Shown: positions 16,272-25,569, counted from the first letter of the stretch. The stretch: DNA of 28,917 bases from Candidatus Micrarchaeia archaeon (GCA_038874215.1 JAVZCV010000014.1:1-28917); one strand, 5' to 3'. Program-made: numbers and translations. Notes: generated from the sequence alone by a model not told the origin.

Positions 16272-18731
16272 GTTCGCCATCTGCTCTCTGCCTTTTTTTG
16301 TAAGTCTATAGAAAACGAATTTTTTACCTTCCTCTTCAACTTTTTCAACCAAGCCAGCCTCCTCCAATTTCTCAAGATGTTCAACTATTGTGGATTTGCT
16401 TTTGCCAAATTTTTGACTTAGGTATGTTGGTGTTTTTTCGCCTTCTTTCAGCTCTTTCAAGAGGTCAAAGCGCGTCTCAGATGAGAGCGCTTTGTGTAAT
16501 TCTATATCGCTTGCCTGAACCTGCCGCGAACGCATCATTATTGAAAGAATTAAGAATGCAAGCAGAACGATAAATATTAAGGCGGCGGGTAGAAATGCCT
16601 TAACTTTACCCACAAAATCGCCAAGCCGCCCTGCTATATAATTGCTGATTTCGCTTGTATATGCCGGCTGGTCGGTTTTTTCCCCAATATCAAAAATCTC
16701 TATGCCTTTTCCATCAACACAAAATACGACATTCGTACCCGCTGAGAGATATTTCGCAGTCCTCTCATCGCCCGCAAGCTCTATGTACCTTTTTGAACCG
16801 AACTCTACCCTTTCATAAGCCTGCGAATCACTGCACGCCGTATCCTTCCAAACGTTGCCAAGTAGTACGAAGGATTTTTCGCCTATGTTTTTTATACCGC
16901 TTGTGTGCGAAGCCAAAGATGAATCTGCGCTTTCATACTGCGCTGCTGTTACAGATGTTGCGCCGAAAGTCCATGGAGCTACCGACTGCGGAACGGCAAA
17001 AGTTTTTTCCTGCTTTATTTCACCAGCAACAACATAGGAGGTATACGGGGAAGGTATTCCATATCTCTTTGCAAGTTGTTTTATTTCATTTACGAGCTCG
17101 GGCCTCTCCCCTTCTGTTGCGATCGTGGAGAGCAGATAACCGACTTTTCTAGTTGCCCATGTTCTCTCAACAAACGGATTGCGTGCATGGGATGGAAAAA
17201 CGACAGAGTATTCCAAACTCTTAGGACCGCTACTTGTGTTTCCCGTTATTATTACTTTTGCACTCCCGGAGCCGTTGTATCTTCCGGCAAAAACAACCTG
17301 CGTACCAGAGAAAATGTCGGGTTGTCTTTTTGGGTATATTTCATAAACAAATAAATTGGAATCGCTGGGGATTATTGCCATTTTTGGATTTACTATTAGC
17401 GGCGAGGATATGCGCTTGTAGAAAGAGGTGAGCACGGACTCCAGCTCGGCGTCAGTCCTAACATAGATGGGTATACCATCCCCATACTCGTTTGATAATT
17501 TGTCAAGAAGTTCAAAGTCTATATCTTCCCCAACTCCGAATGTGAATACCTTTGCATGAGTTCCTTCAATAGATCGTAATATTTCGTTATGCTTATGACC
17601 TACTGTATCTCTACCATCTGTCAGTAAAACGATTATCCCAAACCTTTTATTTTCCTCTCCTTGAATAAGTGTATCTGCCTTTTTTAGAGCATCGTATATG
17701 TTGGTAGATCCTGAGGGCTCAAGTGAATTCACAAAATCAACACCAAGGCTTATGTTTTCTTCCGATGCGAAAAGCAGGGTCTTTGAAAAAACTTGCGTAT
17801 AGCTTGAAAACGCGACTATGCTGAATCTATCTTTTTCAGATAAGTTCCTAAGGATGTATTTGAGTGCCTTTTTTGCATTCTCAATCTTATTCCCCAGCAT
17901 GCTGCCAGATGTGTCAATGACGAAAACGAAGTCTTTTGGCATAGTTTCCTTTTCTTCTATAGTAGGGTATATGAAAAGCATGAAATAATTCCCATTCTCA
18001 CCCGTGTTTGAAAGAAGATTAACGTCATAATCCCGTTTTTCCACTCCATAGAAAAGCTCAAAATCCGTATTTGGTATTTCTTTTGCATAATAACTGACAG
18101 TTGCAGTATTGCCTTCCCGGATTACGCTGATATTGTGGGTTGGTGAGAAAACAAAACCTATCTTTCCATCTCCGCTAATGGATATCATCATACTAACAGG
18201 ATCTATGGGCTCGGTAGTGTATCTCTCAGGGCTTAATGGATAGGAATAGTGGTATATACCACTGCTTACATCTAGTATCTGCTCATACTCTATCTGTACC
18301 CGTATATTTTTATTTCGCGGTAGGATTAGTCTGGCAGCAAAAGTCTCCGTACCTACATATTCAAGGAGTGATGCTTCTTTTCTTGCGATTGCGTATTTTT
18401 GGTATATGGCTTTAGCCTCCTCGCTTCCAAGCATTTTGCCTTCATAAACCACCCCATCAACAACAAGGTTAAAATTGCGTATCCCTCCCTTAGGAACAGG
18501 GAAAACGTATGTGCCCTCAATATCCCTAAAACCTCTGTTCTCAAAAGCCTGATCAACTTTCGTAAGCGCATATGAACCGTTTATTGTAACGGTAACATTA
18601 TGATTTAGTATTAATGGAAACGGATCTGAAGGTCTATCTGGTAGTATCATTCCATCTGAAAAAACCAAACCTAAAAAAATCATCAAGATGGAGAATTCAA
18701 AAAAGCGCTTGGTCTTGTAATGACCACACAT
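16266..18731 (-). CDS. VIT + vWA domain membrane protein with C-terminal ArsR-type winged HTH
   Basis: N-terminal hydrophobic segment; VIT (DQAFEN..IEGTYVFPVP); vWA MIDAS FVIDTSGSM, GSTN, LLTDG; TM helix; KALSSETRFDLLKEL..STIVEHLEKLEEAGLV. Confidence 0.88.
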   Translation of the reverse strand: MCGHYKTKRFFEFSILMIFLGLVFSDGMILPDRPSDPFPLILNHNVTVTINGSYALTKVDQAFENRGFRDIEGTYVFPVPKGGIRNFNLVVDGVVYEGKMLGSEEAKAIYQKYAIARKEASLLEYVGTETFAARLILPRNKNIRVQIEYEQILDVSSGIYHYSYPLSPERYTTEPIDPVSMMISISGDGKIGFVFSPTHNISVIREGNTATVSYYAKEIPNTDFELFYGVEKRDYDVNLLSNTGENGNYFMLFIYPTIEEKETMPKDFVFVIDTSGSMLGNKIENAKKALKYILRNLSEKDRFSIVAFSSYTQVFSKTLLFASEENISLGVDFVNSLEPSGSTNIYDALKKADTLIQGEENKRFGIIVLLTDGRDTVGHKHNEILRSIEGTHAKVFTFGVGEDIDFELLDKLSNEYGDGIPIYVRTDAELESVLTSFYKRISSPLIVNPKMAIIPSDSNLFVYEIYPKRQPDIFSGTQVVFAGRYNGSGSAKVIITGNTSSGPKSLEYSVVFPSHARNPFVERTWATRKVGYLLSTIATEGERPELVNEIKQLAKRYGIPSPYTSYVVAGEIKQEKTFAVPQSVAPWTFGATSVTAAQYESADSSLASHTSGIKNIGEKSFVLLGNVWKDTACSDSQAYERVEFGSKRYIELAGDERTAKYLSAGTNVVFCVDGKGIEIFDIGEKTDQPAYTSEISNYIAGRLGDFVGKVKAFLPAALIFIVLLAFLILSIMMRSRQVQASDIELHKALSSETRFDLLKELKEGEKTPTYLSQKFGKSKSTIVEHLEKLEEAGLVEKVEEEGKKFVFYRLTKKGREQMANS

Positions 18732-18784
18732 AGCATCACCAAGAAATAATTCTTTTTTAGACTATATATTGGTTTTTAGTTTTG

Positions 18785-18801
18785 TTCGGTTAAAACCGAA
18801 C
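18785..18801. terminator. hairpin immediately after the histone stop codon
   Basis: Inverted repeat gttcggtt/aaccgaac directly 3' of the stop; function is inferred. Confidence 0.3.
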
Positions 18802-18803
18802 TA

Positions 18804-19004
18804 TTATTTGCTGGCAAGCCTTATATCTTCTGCTGTAACTGTTTTTCTGCCAGCGTGTTTTGATAGGACGATTGCCTTTGCGGCTATTTCTTTTGCCTTT
18901 GCCTCAAGAATTTGGGCAAGTTCGACAGCTGCGCTTTCGCTAACTCTTTCCGCCCCAGCCTGCCTTATAAGCCTTTCTACGGTTGCTGTTGGCAATTCGG
19001 GCAT
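18804..19004 (-). CDS. archaeal histone (HMf family)
   Basis: ELPTATVERLIRQAGAERVS...HAGRKTVTAEDIRLA is a canonical HMfA/B-type sequence. Confidence 0.96.
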   Translation of the reverse strand: MPELPTATVERLIRQAGAERVSESAAVELAQILEAKAKEIAAKAIVLSKHAGRKTVTAEDIRLASK

Positions 19005-19106
19005 TAATACCACCGTGTTTAATTAGAAAAAGCCCTTATATATACTTTTCTATTTTTTTGATTTTTTAATGCAGTAAAAAAATAAATTAGGGTTCTATCT
19101 TTTTTT

Positions 19107-20600
19107 ATGGCTGAAATAGGTTTTGGCAAATTAAATCCCAGGAAGTATCAGCTGGATATATATAGAAGCATAGTGAAAAGAGGGAACACGCTCGTAGTCC
19201 TGCCAACGGGGCTCGGAAAGACTATGATTGCATTACTGGTGATGAGGGATTTTCTGGCACGTGGAGAGAAGATCCTGTTTCTCGCTCCTACGAAGCCGCT
19301 CGTTGAGCAGCATGCAAAAACCATTAAAGAGAACCTTGGTGTTGATGAAGGAAGGATTGCGGTTATAACGGGCGAGATAAAACGTGATGAGAGGGTTGCG
19401 CTTTGGGGAAAGGAAGTGATTGTAGCAACACCCCAAACAGTGAGAAATGATTTGGAAAGAGGGGTGGCTATAAAGCCAGCGCTAATAATTTTTGATGAAG
19501 CACATAGAGTGGTAGGGAATTATGCTTACACATACATTGCGTCTGCATTCAAAGACGCGCTGATGGTAGGTCTTACGGCATCACCAGGAAGCGATAGAAA
19601 AAAGATAGAGGGGATAATGAAGGCGCTTGGCATAAAAAATGTAGAAATAAGAGGGAGGGAGGACGAAGATGTTAGGGAATACGTAAAGGAATTGAAAATA
19701 AGGTGGGTTAGCGTTGAATTGCCTCAGGAGTTTCGTGAAGTAAAGCATATTATTGAATCCATAGTTGACGAGAAGATAGGGAAGCTGCGTGAGGCTGGCT
19801 TCACTAGAATTCATGGGCATGCTGGAATATCAAAAAAGAGGTTGATTGAGATAGGCGAGAGGATAAGAAGGGATGGGAGGAAACCAACTGTTTTCTATGC
19901 CGCCCAACTTTACTCTTCGCTTATGGCTCTTATGCACGCACTTGAACTGCTTGAAACGCAAGGTAGAAGCACATTCTTGGAGTTTTTTGATAGGCTGGAA
20001 AGGAGGGATAAGAAAAGCAGAGGTATAAAAAGCGTTCTAAATGATTGGCGGATTAAACAGATAAGAGAGCGCATGAAGGGAATAAACATGGAGCATCCGA
20101 AGCTCACAGAACTTAAAAAACTGGTTGAAGAAAGAAAGAACCAGAGCATCATAGTTTTCGTGCATTATAGGGATCAGGTTAGGAAGGTTGTTGAGGAGCT
20201 TTCGGGAATCGTGAAGGTTCGTAGGTTTGTTGGTAAGGCTGAAATAACGCAAAAGGAGCAGGCTCGCATAATAGAGGAGTTTAGGAGGGGGGAATTCAAC
20301 ATTCTCGTTGCAAGTTCAATAGGAGAAGAAGGGCTTGACATACCCTCTGTTGATTGCGTTATATTCTATGAACCCGTCCCAAGCGCTATAAGGTCGATAC
20401 AACGAAGAGGTAGGGCTGGAAGAAGCAAATCGGGCGAGGTTATAGTTCTGGTAACAAGGAATACAAGGGATGAGGCGTATTACTGGGTTGCAAAAGCGAA
20501 GGAGAAGAAAATGGAGAGGATAATACAGGGTATCGCTTCTGGGAAAGACGCAGGGAAAAAAGTAGTGATTGGGCAAACAAAAATAAGCGATTTCTTGTAA
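19107..20600 (+). CDS. Hef/FANCM-like DEAH helicase (helicase part only)
   Basis: LPTGLGKT, LAPTKPLVEQH, DEAH, TASPG, EEGLDIP, QRRGRAGR; C-terminal PIP-box QTKISDFL. Confidence 0.93.
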   Translation: MAEIGFGKLNPRKYQLDIYRSIVKRGNTLVVLPTGLGKTMIALLVMRDFLARGEKILFLAPTKPLVEQHAKTIKENLGVDEGRIAVITGEIKRDERVALWGKEVIVATPQTVRNDLERGVAIKPALIIFDEAHRVVGNYAYTYIASAFKDALMVGLTASPGSDRKKIEGIMKALGIKNVEIRGREDEDVREYVKELKIRWVSVELPQEFREVKHIIESIVDEKIGKLREAGFTRIHGHAGISKKRLIEIGERIRRDGRKPTVFYAAQLYSSLMALMHALELLETQGRSTFLEFFDRLERRDKKSRGIKSVLNDWRIKQIRERMKGINMEHPKLTELKKLVEERKNQSIIVFVHYRDQVRKVVEELSGIVKVRRFVGKAEITQKEQARIIEEFRRGEFNILVASSIGEEGLDIPSVDCVIFYEPVPSAIRSIQRRGRAGRSKSGEVIVLVTRNTRDEAYYWVAKAKEKKMERIIQGIASGKDAGKKVVIGQTKISDFL

Positions 20601-20602
20601 TT

Positions 20603-20941
20603 TCAGCGGATATATGCAGGTTGGACCGGATGCTTTGACTGCTGTTCTTTTCTTATTTTTTCGTAGTATTCAGTGTAGCGATCCCATAGGAGTTTTGCTT
20701 TTTCACCATGTACAACTTTTGTAACTACCATAGTTGGAGCAGGCCCCTTCTTATCCAAGGGCCTATAATCAACGAGAACTATGTCATTCTCTTTCATTTT
20801 GTCGGCTATTTTGCTGTCAACCAGAAGCGTAAGTAGTTTTTCGTCCCACATTTGCAAAAGAGCCTGTGTTGTTGAATCGGCAGCCACTATGTTTTTATCT
20901 TTAGCAGAAAATAACAAAAGGACCTTTCCTGGGTGGTACAT
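20603..20941 (-). CDS. hypothetical protein
   Basis: ORF from MYHPGKV; the longer track ORF extends antisense into RNase P RNA so the start was trimmed. Confidence 0.75.
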   Translation of the reverse strand: MYHPGKVLLLFSAKDKNIVAADSTTQALLQMWDEKLLTLLVDSKIADKMKENDIVLVDYRPLDKKGPAPTMVVTKVVHGEKAKLLWDRYTEYYEKIRKEQQSKHPVQPAYIR

Positions 20942-20962
20942 GAAAGAAGTTTGAAGCGTGCA

Positions 20963-20972
20963 TTTATATAAA
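20963..20972. promoter_or_regulatory. palindromic TATA box shared by divergent RNase P RNA and hypothetical gene
   Basis: TTTATATAAA is self-complementary and lies about 20-25 nt from both starts. Confidence 0.6.
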
Positions 20973-20990
20973 TTCTGCGCAGATATATTT

Positions 20991-21272
20991 GTGAGTGGCT
21001 GGTCGGCAGCTATCCGGCTTGCACGGAGGAAGTTCTGCCCATCGCGAAAGCCCCACGAAAGCCTAAGGCTTGGGACAGGAACAGAAACGAAACTGCCCGC
21101 AAAGGATGAGAATGAAGAGATGAGACGATGGGGCAAGATGAAACGTGCCTGTCTGAGGGGTGCCGTGTGCGATGCAAGGTTTTATACCGCTAAGTCGAAT
21201 GCTGCATAAAACAGAAGGCAGAGGGTTTTCTTCTATAGAGAAAACTTGCCCAAACTATGGCCGGCCACTCAT
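20991..21272 (+). ncRNA. rnpB: RNase P RNA with a 32-nt insertion in CR-V/P4
   Basis: P1 helix GUGAGUGGCUGGUC/GGCCGGCCACUCAU; CR-I GAGGAAGUUCUGCC; CR-II ACAGAAA; CR-III UGAAAC; CR-V ACAGAAGGCAG...ACUAU. Confidence 0.92.
21222..21253 (+). other. candidate BHB intron in RNase P RNA (32 nt)
   Basis: AGGC/GCCC helix (3 of 4 pairs), AG|A and AA|A bulges, GGGUUUUCU/AGAAAACUU stem; removal gives ACAGAAGGCAG|ACUAU and restores P4. Confidence 0.8.
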
Positions 21273-21297
21273 AAAAAATGCCAAGGGCGGGATTTGA

Positions 21298-21329
21298 TTG
21301 CGGGACCATTCGGCTTTTCCGAACGACCT
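21298..21329 (-). other. tRNA-Met intron at 54/55 (32 nt)
   Basis: GCGG/CCGC helix, GU|A and AA|U bulges, GGUCGUUCGG/CCGAAUGGUC stem. Confidence 0.88.
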
Positions 21330-21346
21330 ACCCGCGACATCCAGAT

Positions 21347-21398
21347 ATCCCGCGAGCGCTTTTGATTTCATTGCACATGGCTCATAACTCATACGCCG
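21347..21398 (-). other. tRNA-Met intron at 37/38 (52 nt, possibly two stacked introns)
   Basis: Insertion at the canonical site containing tandem UAUGAG copies complementary to the anticodon loop. Confidence 0.85.
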
Positions 21399-21473
21399 TA
21401 TGAGTCTGGCGCTCTAACCAGGCTGAGCTACCTTGGCATAAAATTTTTCCAGGAGATATTTTTATACTCTACC

Positions 21474-22229
21474 CTAACCTGCATCAAGAACCACAAGAAA
21501 CCCCGAGTTATTAGTGCAGTAAAGATTACAGTAGTATACAAAAGTTCCACTTCTATTCGCAAAAAATTCTATCTCTTTGCCCCTTCCCTGCGGGAAGGTC
21601 TCGTTTATACCAAAATCTTCCAAAACAAAATTATGAGGGCCGTCTATACCTACCAATCTGAGACGAACCAGCTCTTCTTTCTTGATAAAAATCGTGGAAG
21701 GGAATATTGAAAAAGAAGAAACCTCAACTACTTTTTCAATAAAGCTCGTCCCATTTAGAGTGCAGCCAGAAAAACGTGAAAGTGTTTCTATTTCTTGGTA
21801 TCCTAACTTCTTTTCATCGTTTATTATCCATGTGGGATAATGGTTGACGCCTTTCTCGTAACAATCGTTCGGGTTTTTATCGCAATCAACGTAATAAACA
21901 AACATGAAAGATGGTCCGAAAGCCTCTTTTTGCTTCTGGCAAAAATGACACCAATCGGCACCATACATCTTCACGCCTTTCCTTGTTAGGCATTTTGCAA
22001 ATTCATCCAGTTCTGATGATTGCACTTTGGGGTTCTGTTGTTTCGAATCGGTTGTCACATTTGCCTCTATATCGTTGGAGTTTGAGAGAGGAGCATGCGT
22101 TGCGTTGGCAGTCTGGTTAGCATAACCACCATTGTAAGAGCTTTTGATATCGGATTTTATTACTACTGTTTCCTCAAAACAGCCAAAAAGAAAGAGTGAG
22201 AACATAAGGAAGGGAAGAAACCTTCGCAT
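21474..22229 (-). CDS. putative lipoprotein with thioredoxin-like and cupredoxin-like domains
   Basis: Lipobox-like LFGC; KMYGADWCHFCQKQK..YPTW thioredoxin fold; C-terminal HNF...GTFVYYCNLYC cupredoxin-like segment. Confidence 0.8.
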   Translation of the reverse strand: MRRFLPFLMFSLFLFGCFEETVVIKSDIKSSYNGGYANQTANATHAPLSNSNDIEANVTTDSKQQNPKVQSSELDEFAKCLTRKGVKMYGADWCHFCQKQKEAFGPSFMFVYYVDCDKNPNDCYEKGVNHYPTWIINDEKKLGYQEIETLSRFSGCTLNGTSFIEKVVEVSSFSIFPSTIFIKKEELVRLRLVGIDGPHNFVLEDFGINETFPQGRGKEIEFFANRSGTFVYYCNLYCTNNSGFLVVLDAG

Positions 22230-22250
22230 GGCTACCGTTTGTCATTAGTA

Positions 22251-22544
22251 TTAAATAAATCTTGCCCCGCACGAAGGGCACTCAACCATGTATGCTTCCG
22301 AGATATAACCACAGATGGGGCATCTGTATTTCTTTTTTTCAAAATCAAGGTAGCACTTTGGGCATATTTTATCTTTTGGGGATAATTCTGCGCCGCAGCG
22401 GGGGCATTTCAATCGTATATGGTTTGGTAGATATAGACCACATTCAGGGCACTCGCCATCAAGAATAGAGTATGGCACTTTTGCGCCGCAGCGGGGGCAT
22501 TTTACTCCTTCTGGATTCTTGAGAAACCAGTCCAGCAGGCCCAT
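22251..22544 (-). CDS. zinc-ribbon repeat protein
   Basis: Six CPxC pairs forming three zinc ribbons. Confidence 0.8.
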   Translation of the reverse strand: MGLLDWFLKNPEGVKCPRCGAKVPYSILDGECPECGLYLPNHIRLKCPRCGAELSPKDKICPKCYLDFEKKKYRCPICGYISEAYMVECPSCGARFI

Positions 22545-23392
22545 AGAAACACGCATGCAAAAAAGATCAGAGATGACAAACAGGGCAGTGTGCTGCTCTT
22601 AGAACCGATGTCTTTTCCTTTTTCTTCTTCAGCAGCGGAACCTGGCAAGTCCTCAGTCGTATTAGTCACTGTTTGGTTTGAGATGCTCACATTCTGCTCT
22701 GGTTGCATACCTTCCTCTTCTGTTTTTTCTGTAAGTGTTGCCATGCAGTTATCGTATTTACTTCGTGCTGATGAAGCCAATTTAAGAGCGTTGTTCGCTT
22801 CTGCTAAGGCCGATTGGATGTTGCAGAAGCGCAAATATTCTCGCGCATCGGAAATTCTTGAAAAAATCTCTCTGAAATCATTCTCGTTTTGTGCATAACA
22901 TTCGGTGTTGTTGTCAATACCTGCGAGTAATGATTCAGCCTGGGCTATTTTTCCCAATATTGTCTTTTCTTCGTCTGTCTCAAAGTGAACAAGAGTAAAA
23001 GCGGTTTTGTTGTGGATGTACAACTTCATGGGATCAGTAGGGTCTTGGAGCATCAGCGTTAGCATAACCGTAGATATCGTCCCATTGCCCGAGCCGCCAA
23101 GCGAAACGTTAAAATCAAAACTGCAACTGCCAAAAGCGTTGGGCATAAGCGTGCAGTATTTTCCGCCTTCAACATACTGAGAAGTTGGGAAATCGTATGC
23201 AAGATATGTCACTCTTGCACTACGCGAGGAGGGGTTCTGGATGGTAAAAGAGGCAGATATTTTTGTTGACCCGCCATGCAACCTGCAATTTGGAACATCT
23301 ATCTTTGATTCTGTTGAGAGAACGGCGTTCAGGGGGTATGTTGCAGCAAATGCAAGGCTGCAAAAAACCAGGAGGAATATTGCTTTTCTCAT
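22502..23392 (-). CDS. secreted or surface hypothetical protein
   Basis: Signal peptide MRKAIFLLVFCSLAFA, beta-rich then helical region, acidic linker and C-terminal hydrophobic anchor. Confidence 0.75.
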   Translation of the reverse strand: MRKAIFLLVFCSLAFAATYPLNAVLSTESKIDVPNCRLHGGSTKISASFTIQNPSSRSARVTYLAYDFPTSQYVEGGKYCTLMPNAFGSCSFDFNVSLGGSGNGTISTVMLTLMLQDPTDPMKLYIHNKTAFTLVHFETDEEKTILGKIAQAESLLAGIDNNTECYAQNENDFREIFSRISDAREYLRFCNIQSALAEANNALKLASSARSKYDNCMATLTEKTEEEGMQPEQNVSISNQTVTNTTEDLPGSAAEEEKGKDIGSKSSTLPCLSSLIFFACVFLWACWTGFSRIQKE

Positions 23393-23451
23393 GCTACAAA
23401 TTCCCAAGTTAGGATTAAAAAACTAACATAAAAAGAAAGAAAGGTGATGAT

Positions 23452-24537
23452 ATGTGGGATGACATAGGACCAGAAAAAGTCTTAGAGATGTACGATCCAA
23501 AGTTAGGGGTGCACTATTTTCTCGCCATAGATAGTACTGCACTCGGTGTTGGAAAAGGCGGAGTCAGGATGACGCCAACAGTGACGAAGGAGGAAGTGAT
23601 GCGGCTTGCAAGGGGGATGACGTACAAGAACGCAATAGCTGAATTGCCTTTTGGTGGGGCAAAAAGCGGCATAGTTGCAGATGGTAGGAACCTTGATTGG
23701 AATACAAAGAAGAAGATTGTAGTATCTTTTGCAAATGCGATAAAGCCCCTTTGCCCAAGTCTGTATGTTGCAGGACCTGATATGTATATGACAGAGCGTG
23801 AAATGGCTATAATAGCAGAGGTACTTGGGAAAAAAGCAGCAACAGGAAAACCGAAGAGCATGGGAGGGATACCGCACGAGCTTGGTTCAACTGGTTTCGG
23901 AGTTTTCCATACGATAAAAGTTGCTTGCGAATATATGAAGAGGGATATGTCAGATATCACGGTTGCGATAGAGGGATTTGGGAACGTTGGAACCTTCGCA
24001 ATGAAATTTCTAACTGAGGCTGGTGCAAAAGTAGTTGCAGTTTCTGATTCTACTGGCGCTATCTACTCAAAGGAAGGGCTAGATTACAATGAATTAATGA
24101 AGGTGAAAACAGAAAGGAGGACGGTTACCGCATACGAAAGTGCTGAGAAATTGTCGAAGGAAACCATAGCTGGCATAAAAGCTGATGTGTTTATACCCGC
24201 CGCGATTCCTGATGTGATAAACGAGTCCAACATAAAGGATGTCAAATTCAAACTGATAGTTGAAGGCTCTAACCTGTCCATGAAGCCAGAATTGGAGGAA
24301 GTGCTAAATAAAAAAGGTGTTCTAGTTATACCAGATATCGTCGCAAGCGCAGGTGGTGTGATATCCTCTTATGTTGAGTGGATCGGAGGTAGCGAAAAGG
24401 AGATGTTTGAGACTGTCGAGAAGAAGATAAAGAAAGACGTCAGAATGGTTATAGAGGAACATGAAGAGAAGAAGGTTAGCCCGAGAAAAGCGGCGATGGA
24501 AATAGCGAGGGGGAGGATTTTCAAAAAGAAGGGTTGA
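23452..24537 (+). CDS. gdhA: Glu/Leu/Phe/Val dehydrogenase (glutamate dehydrogenase-like)
   Basis: GKGGVR, MTYKNA, LPFGGAKSGI, ATGKP..GG, STGFG, EGFGNVG, IPDIVASAGGV motifs; GGTGA RBS. Confidence 0.9.
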   Translation: MWDDIGPEKVLEMYDPKLGVHYFLAIDSTALGVGKGGVRMTPTVTKEEVMRLARGMTYKNAIAELPFGGAKSGIVADGRNLDWNTKKKIVVSFANAIKPLCPSLYVAGPDMYMTEREMAIIAEVLGKKAATGKPKSMGGIPHELGSTGFGVFHTIKVACEYMKRDMSDITVAIEGFGNVGTFAMKFLTEAGAKVVAVSDSTGAIYSKEGLDYNELMKVKTERRTVTAYESAEKLSKETIAGIKADVFIPAAIPDVINESNIKDVKFKLIVEGSNLSMKPELEEVLNKKGVLVIPDIVASAGGVISSYVEWIGGSEKEMFETVEKKIKKDVRMVIEEHEEKKVSPRKAAMEIARGRIFKKKG

Positions 24538-25537
24538 AGCCGGACCCATGGACTCGTATCAGACCTTCTTCTTCTACAATTTCTATTTTTGAATCAAGGA
24601 ATAGCCCTATTACCCATGCATTTGTGCGCGTATGTAATGTTATCTCTGAAACTTTAAACTCAGAAATCCCTTTTGAAAGCGCAGCGTAAGGGAGTATCTG
24701 ATCAGCGAGATGCTTATCAACCGTTGCACCAGAATCTATTTGTTTGCACAGCTCTTTTGCCGCATCTATGCCGACGGCCTCTGCGCTTTTTCCAATTTTG
24801 CCAAGAGAGGAAGAACCAATAAACCCACACCATAAGGTAATCGCAGTGCCTGGGGAGCTTGCGTCTCCTTGCTCGCACGCTATCCTGCATTCAACACCAA
24901 GCCTATCCCATATTTCCTTTCGTGCCGATTTAGCCTGCCTCTCAGCTATGCTGATGGGCAAATTTGAGACGCACGATATGCCATAAACCATGGTGTCTGC
25001 GGGCTTTGGTGAGAATGCTACAAGGCTTGCAGTATTCGTCTCTATACTTACCTCGCCACCCCCGCGAGGATACCACCCGTATCGCAAAAGCTCACACGTA
25101 ACAGCGTATCCCATTTTCCCGAGAAATGGCAGTAGGACATTTTGCACGTAGTGGATCGTAGGGGAGAGGGGGACATGCGTGCCTCCGCGTATCCGCACTT
25201 TTGATTTATCGGAAAAAGCAAAAACAGGCAATATTGATTGAAGTACGAGTGAAACCGAGCCTGCCGTTCCAACATCAAAAGAGTACGGACCACCCTGTAT
25301 TTTTTTCGGTTCAAATTCTATTTCCAGTGCTCCGACATCAGAGCCTATAACCTTTGCGCCACATATTTGTGAGAGCGCTTTTACACAAATGATGTGTTGT
25401 GGCCTAAGGCCAGGATTTTCTCTTTTCGCCCTTATCCTAACTACCCTTATCCTCTTTTTAGTTATACAGGATAAAGCGAGTGCGGTTCTGAGTATCTGCC
25501 CACCGCCCTCTAGGAAAGAACCGTCTATCTCCAGCAT
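24521..25537 (-). CDS. rtcA: RNA 3'-terminal phosphate cyclase
   Basis: [49 protein letters not shown] and catalytic-His HTRTN motifs. Confidence 0.95.
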   Translation of the reverse strand: MLEIDGSFLEGGGQILRTALALSCITKKRIRVVRIRAKRENPGLRPQHIICVKALSQICGAKVIGSDVGALEIEFEPKKIQGGPYSFDVGTAGSVSLVLQSILPVFAFSDKSKVRIRGGTHVPLSPTIHYVQNVLLPFLGKMGYAVTCELLRYGWYPRGGGEVSIETNTASLVAFSPKPADTMVYGISCVSNLPISIAERQAKSARKEIWDRLGVECRIACEQGDASSPGTAITLWCGFIGSSSLGKIGKSAEAVGIDAAKELCKQIDSGATVDKHLADQILPYAALSKGISEFKVSEITLHTRTNAWVIGLFLDSKIEIVEEEGLIRVHGSGFNPSF

Positions 25538-25569
25538 AGATATATAAAAACTGCCAAGTAATTTAAAGC

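Larger units (their letters stand above)
21279..21437 (-). tRNA. tRNA-Met(CAU), probably elongator, with introns at 37/38 and 54/55
   Basis: Exons join to GCCAAGGTAGCTCAGCCTGGTTAGAGCGCCAGACTCATA|ATCTGGATGTCGCGGGT|TCAAATCCCGCCCTTGGCA; G1-C72 and no triple G-C anticodon stem argue against initiator; Ile2 not fully excluded. Confidence 0.9.

Noticed and set aside
20942-21209. ORF 20958-21209 and the extension of ORF 20603-21136
   Set aside because: Both overlap RNase P RNA
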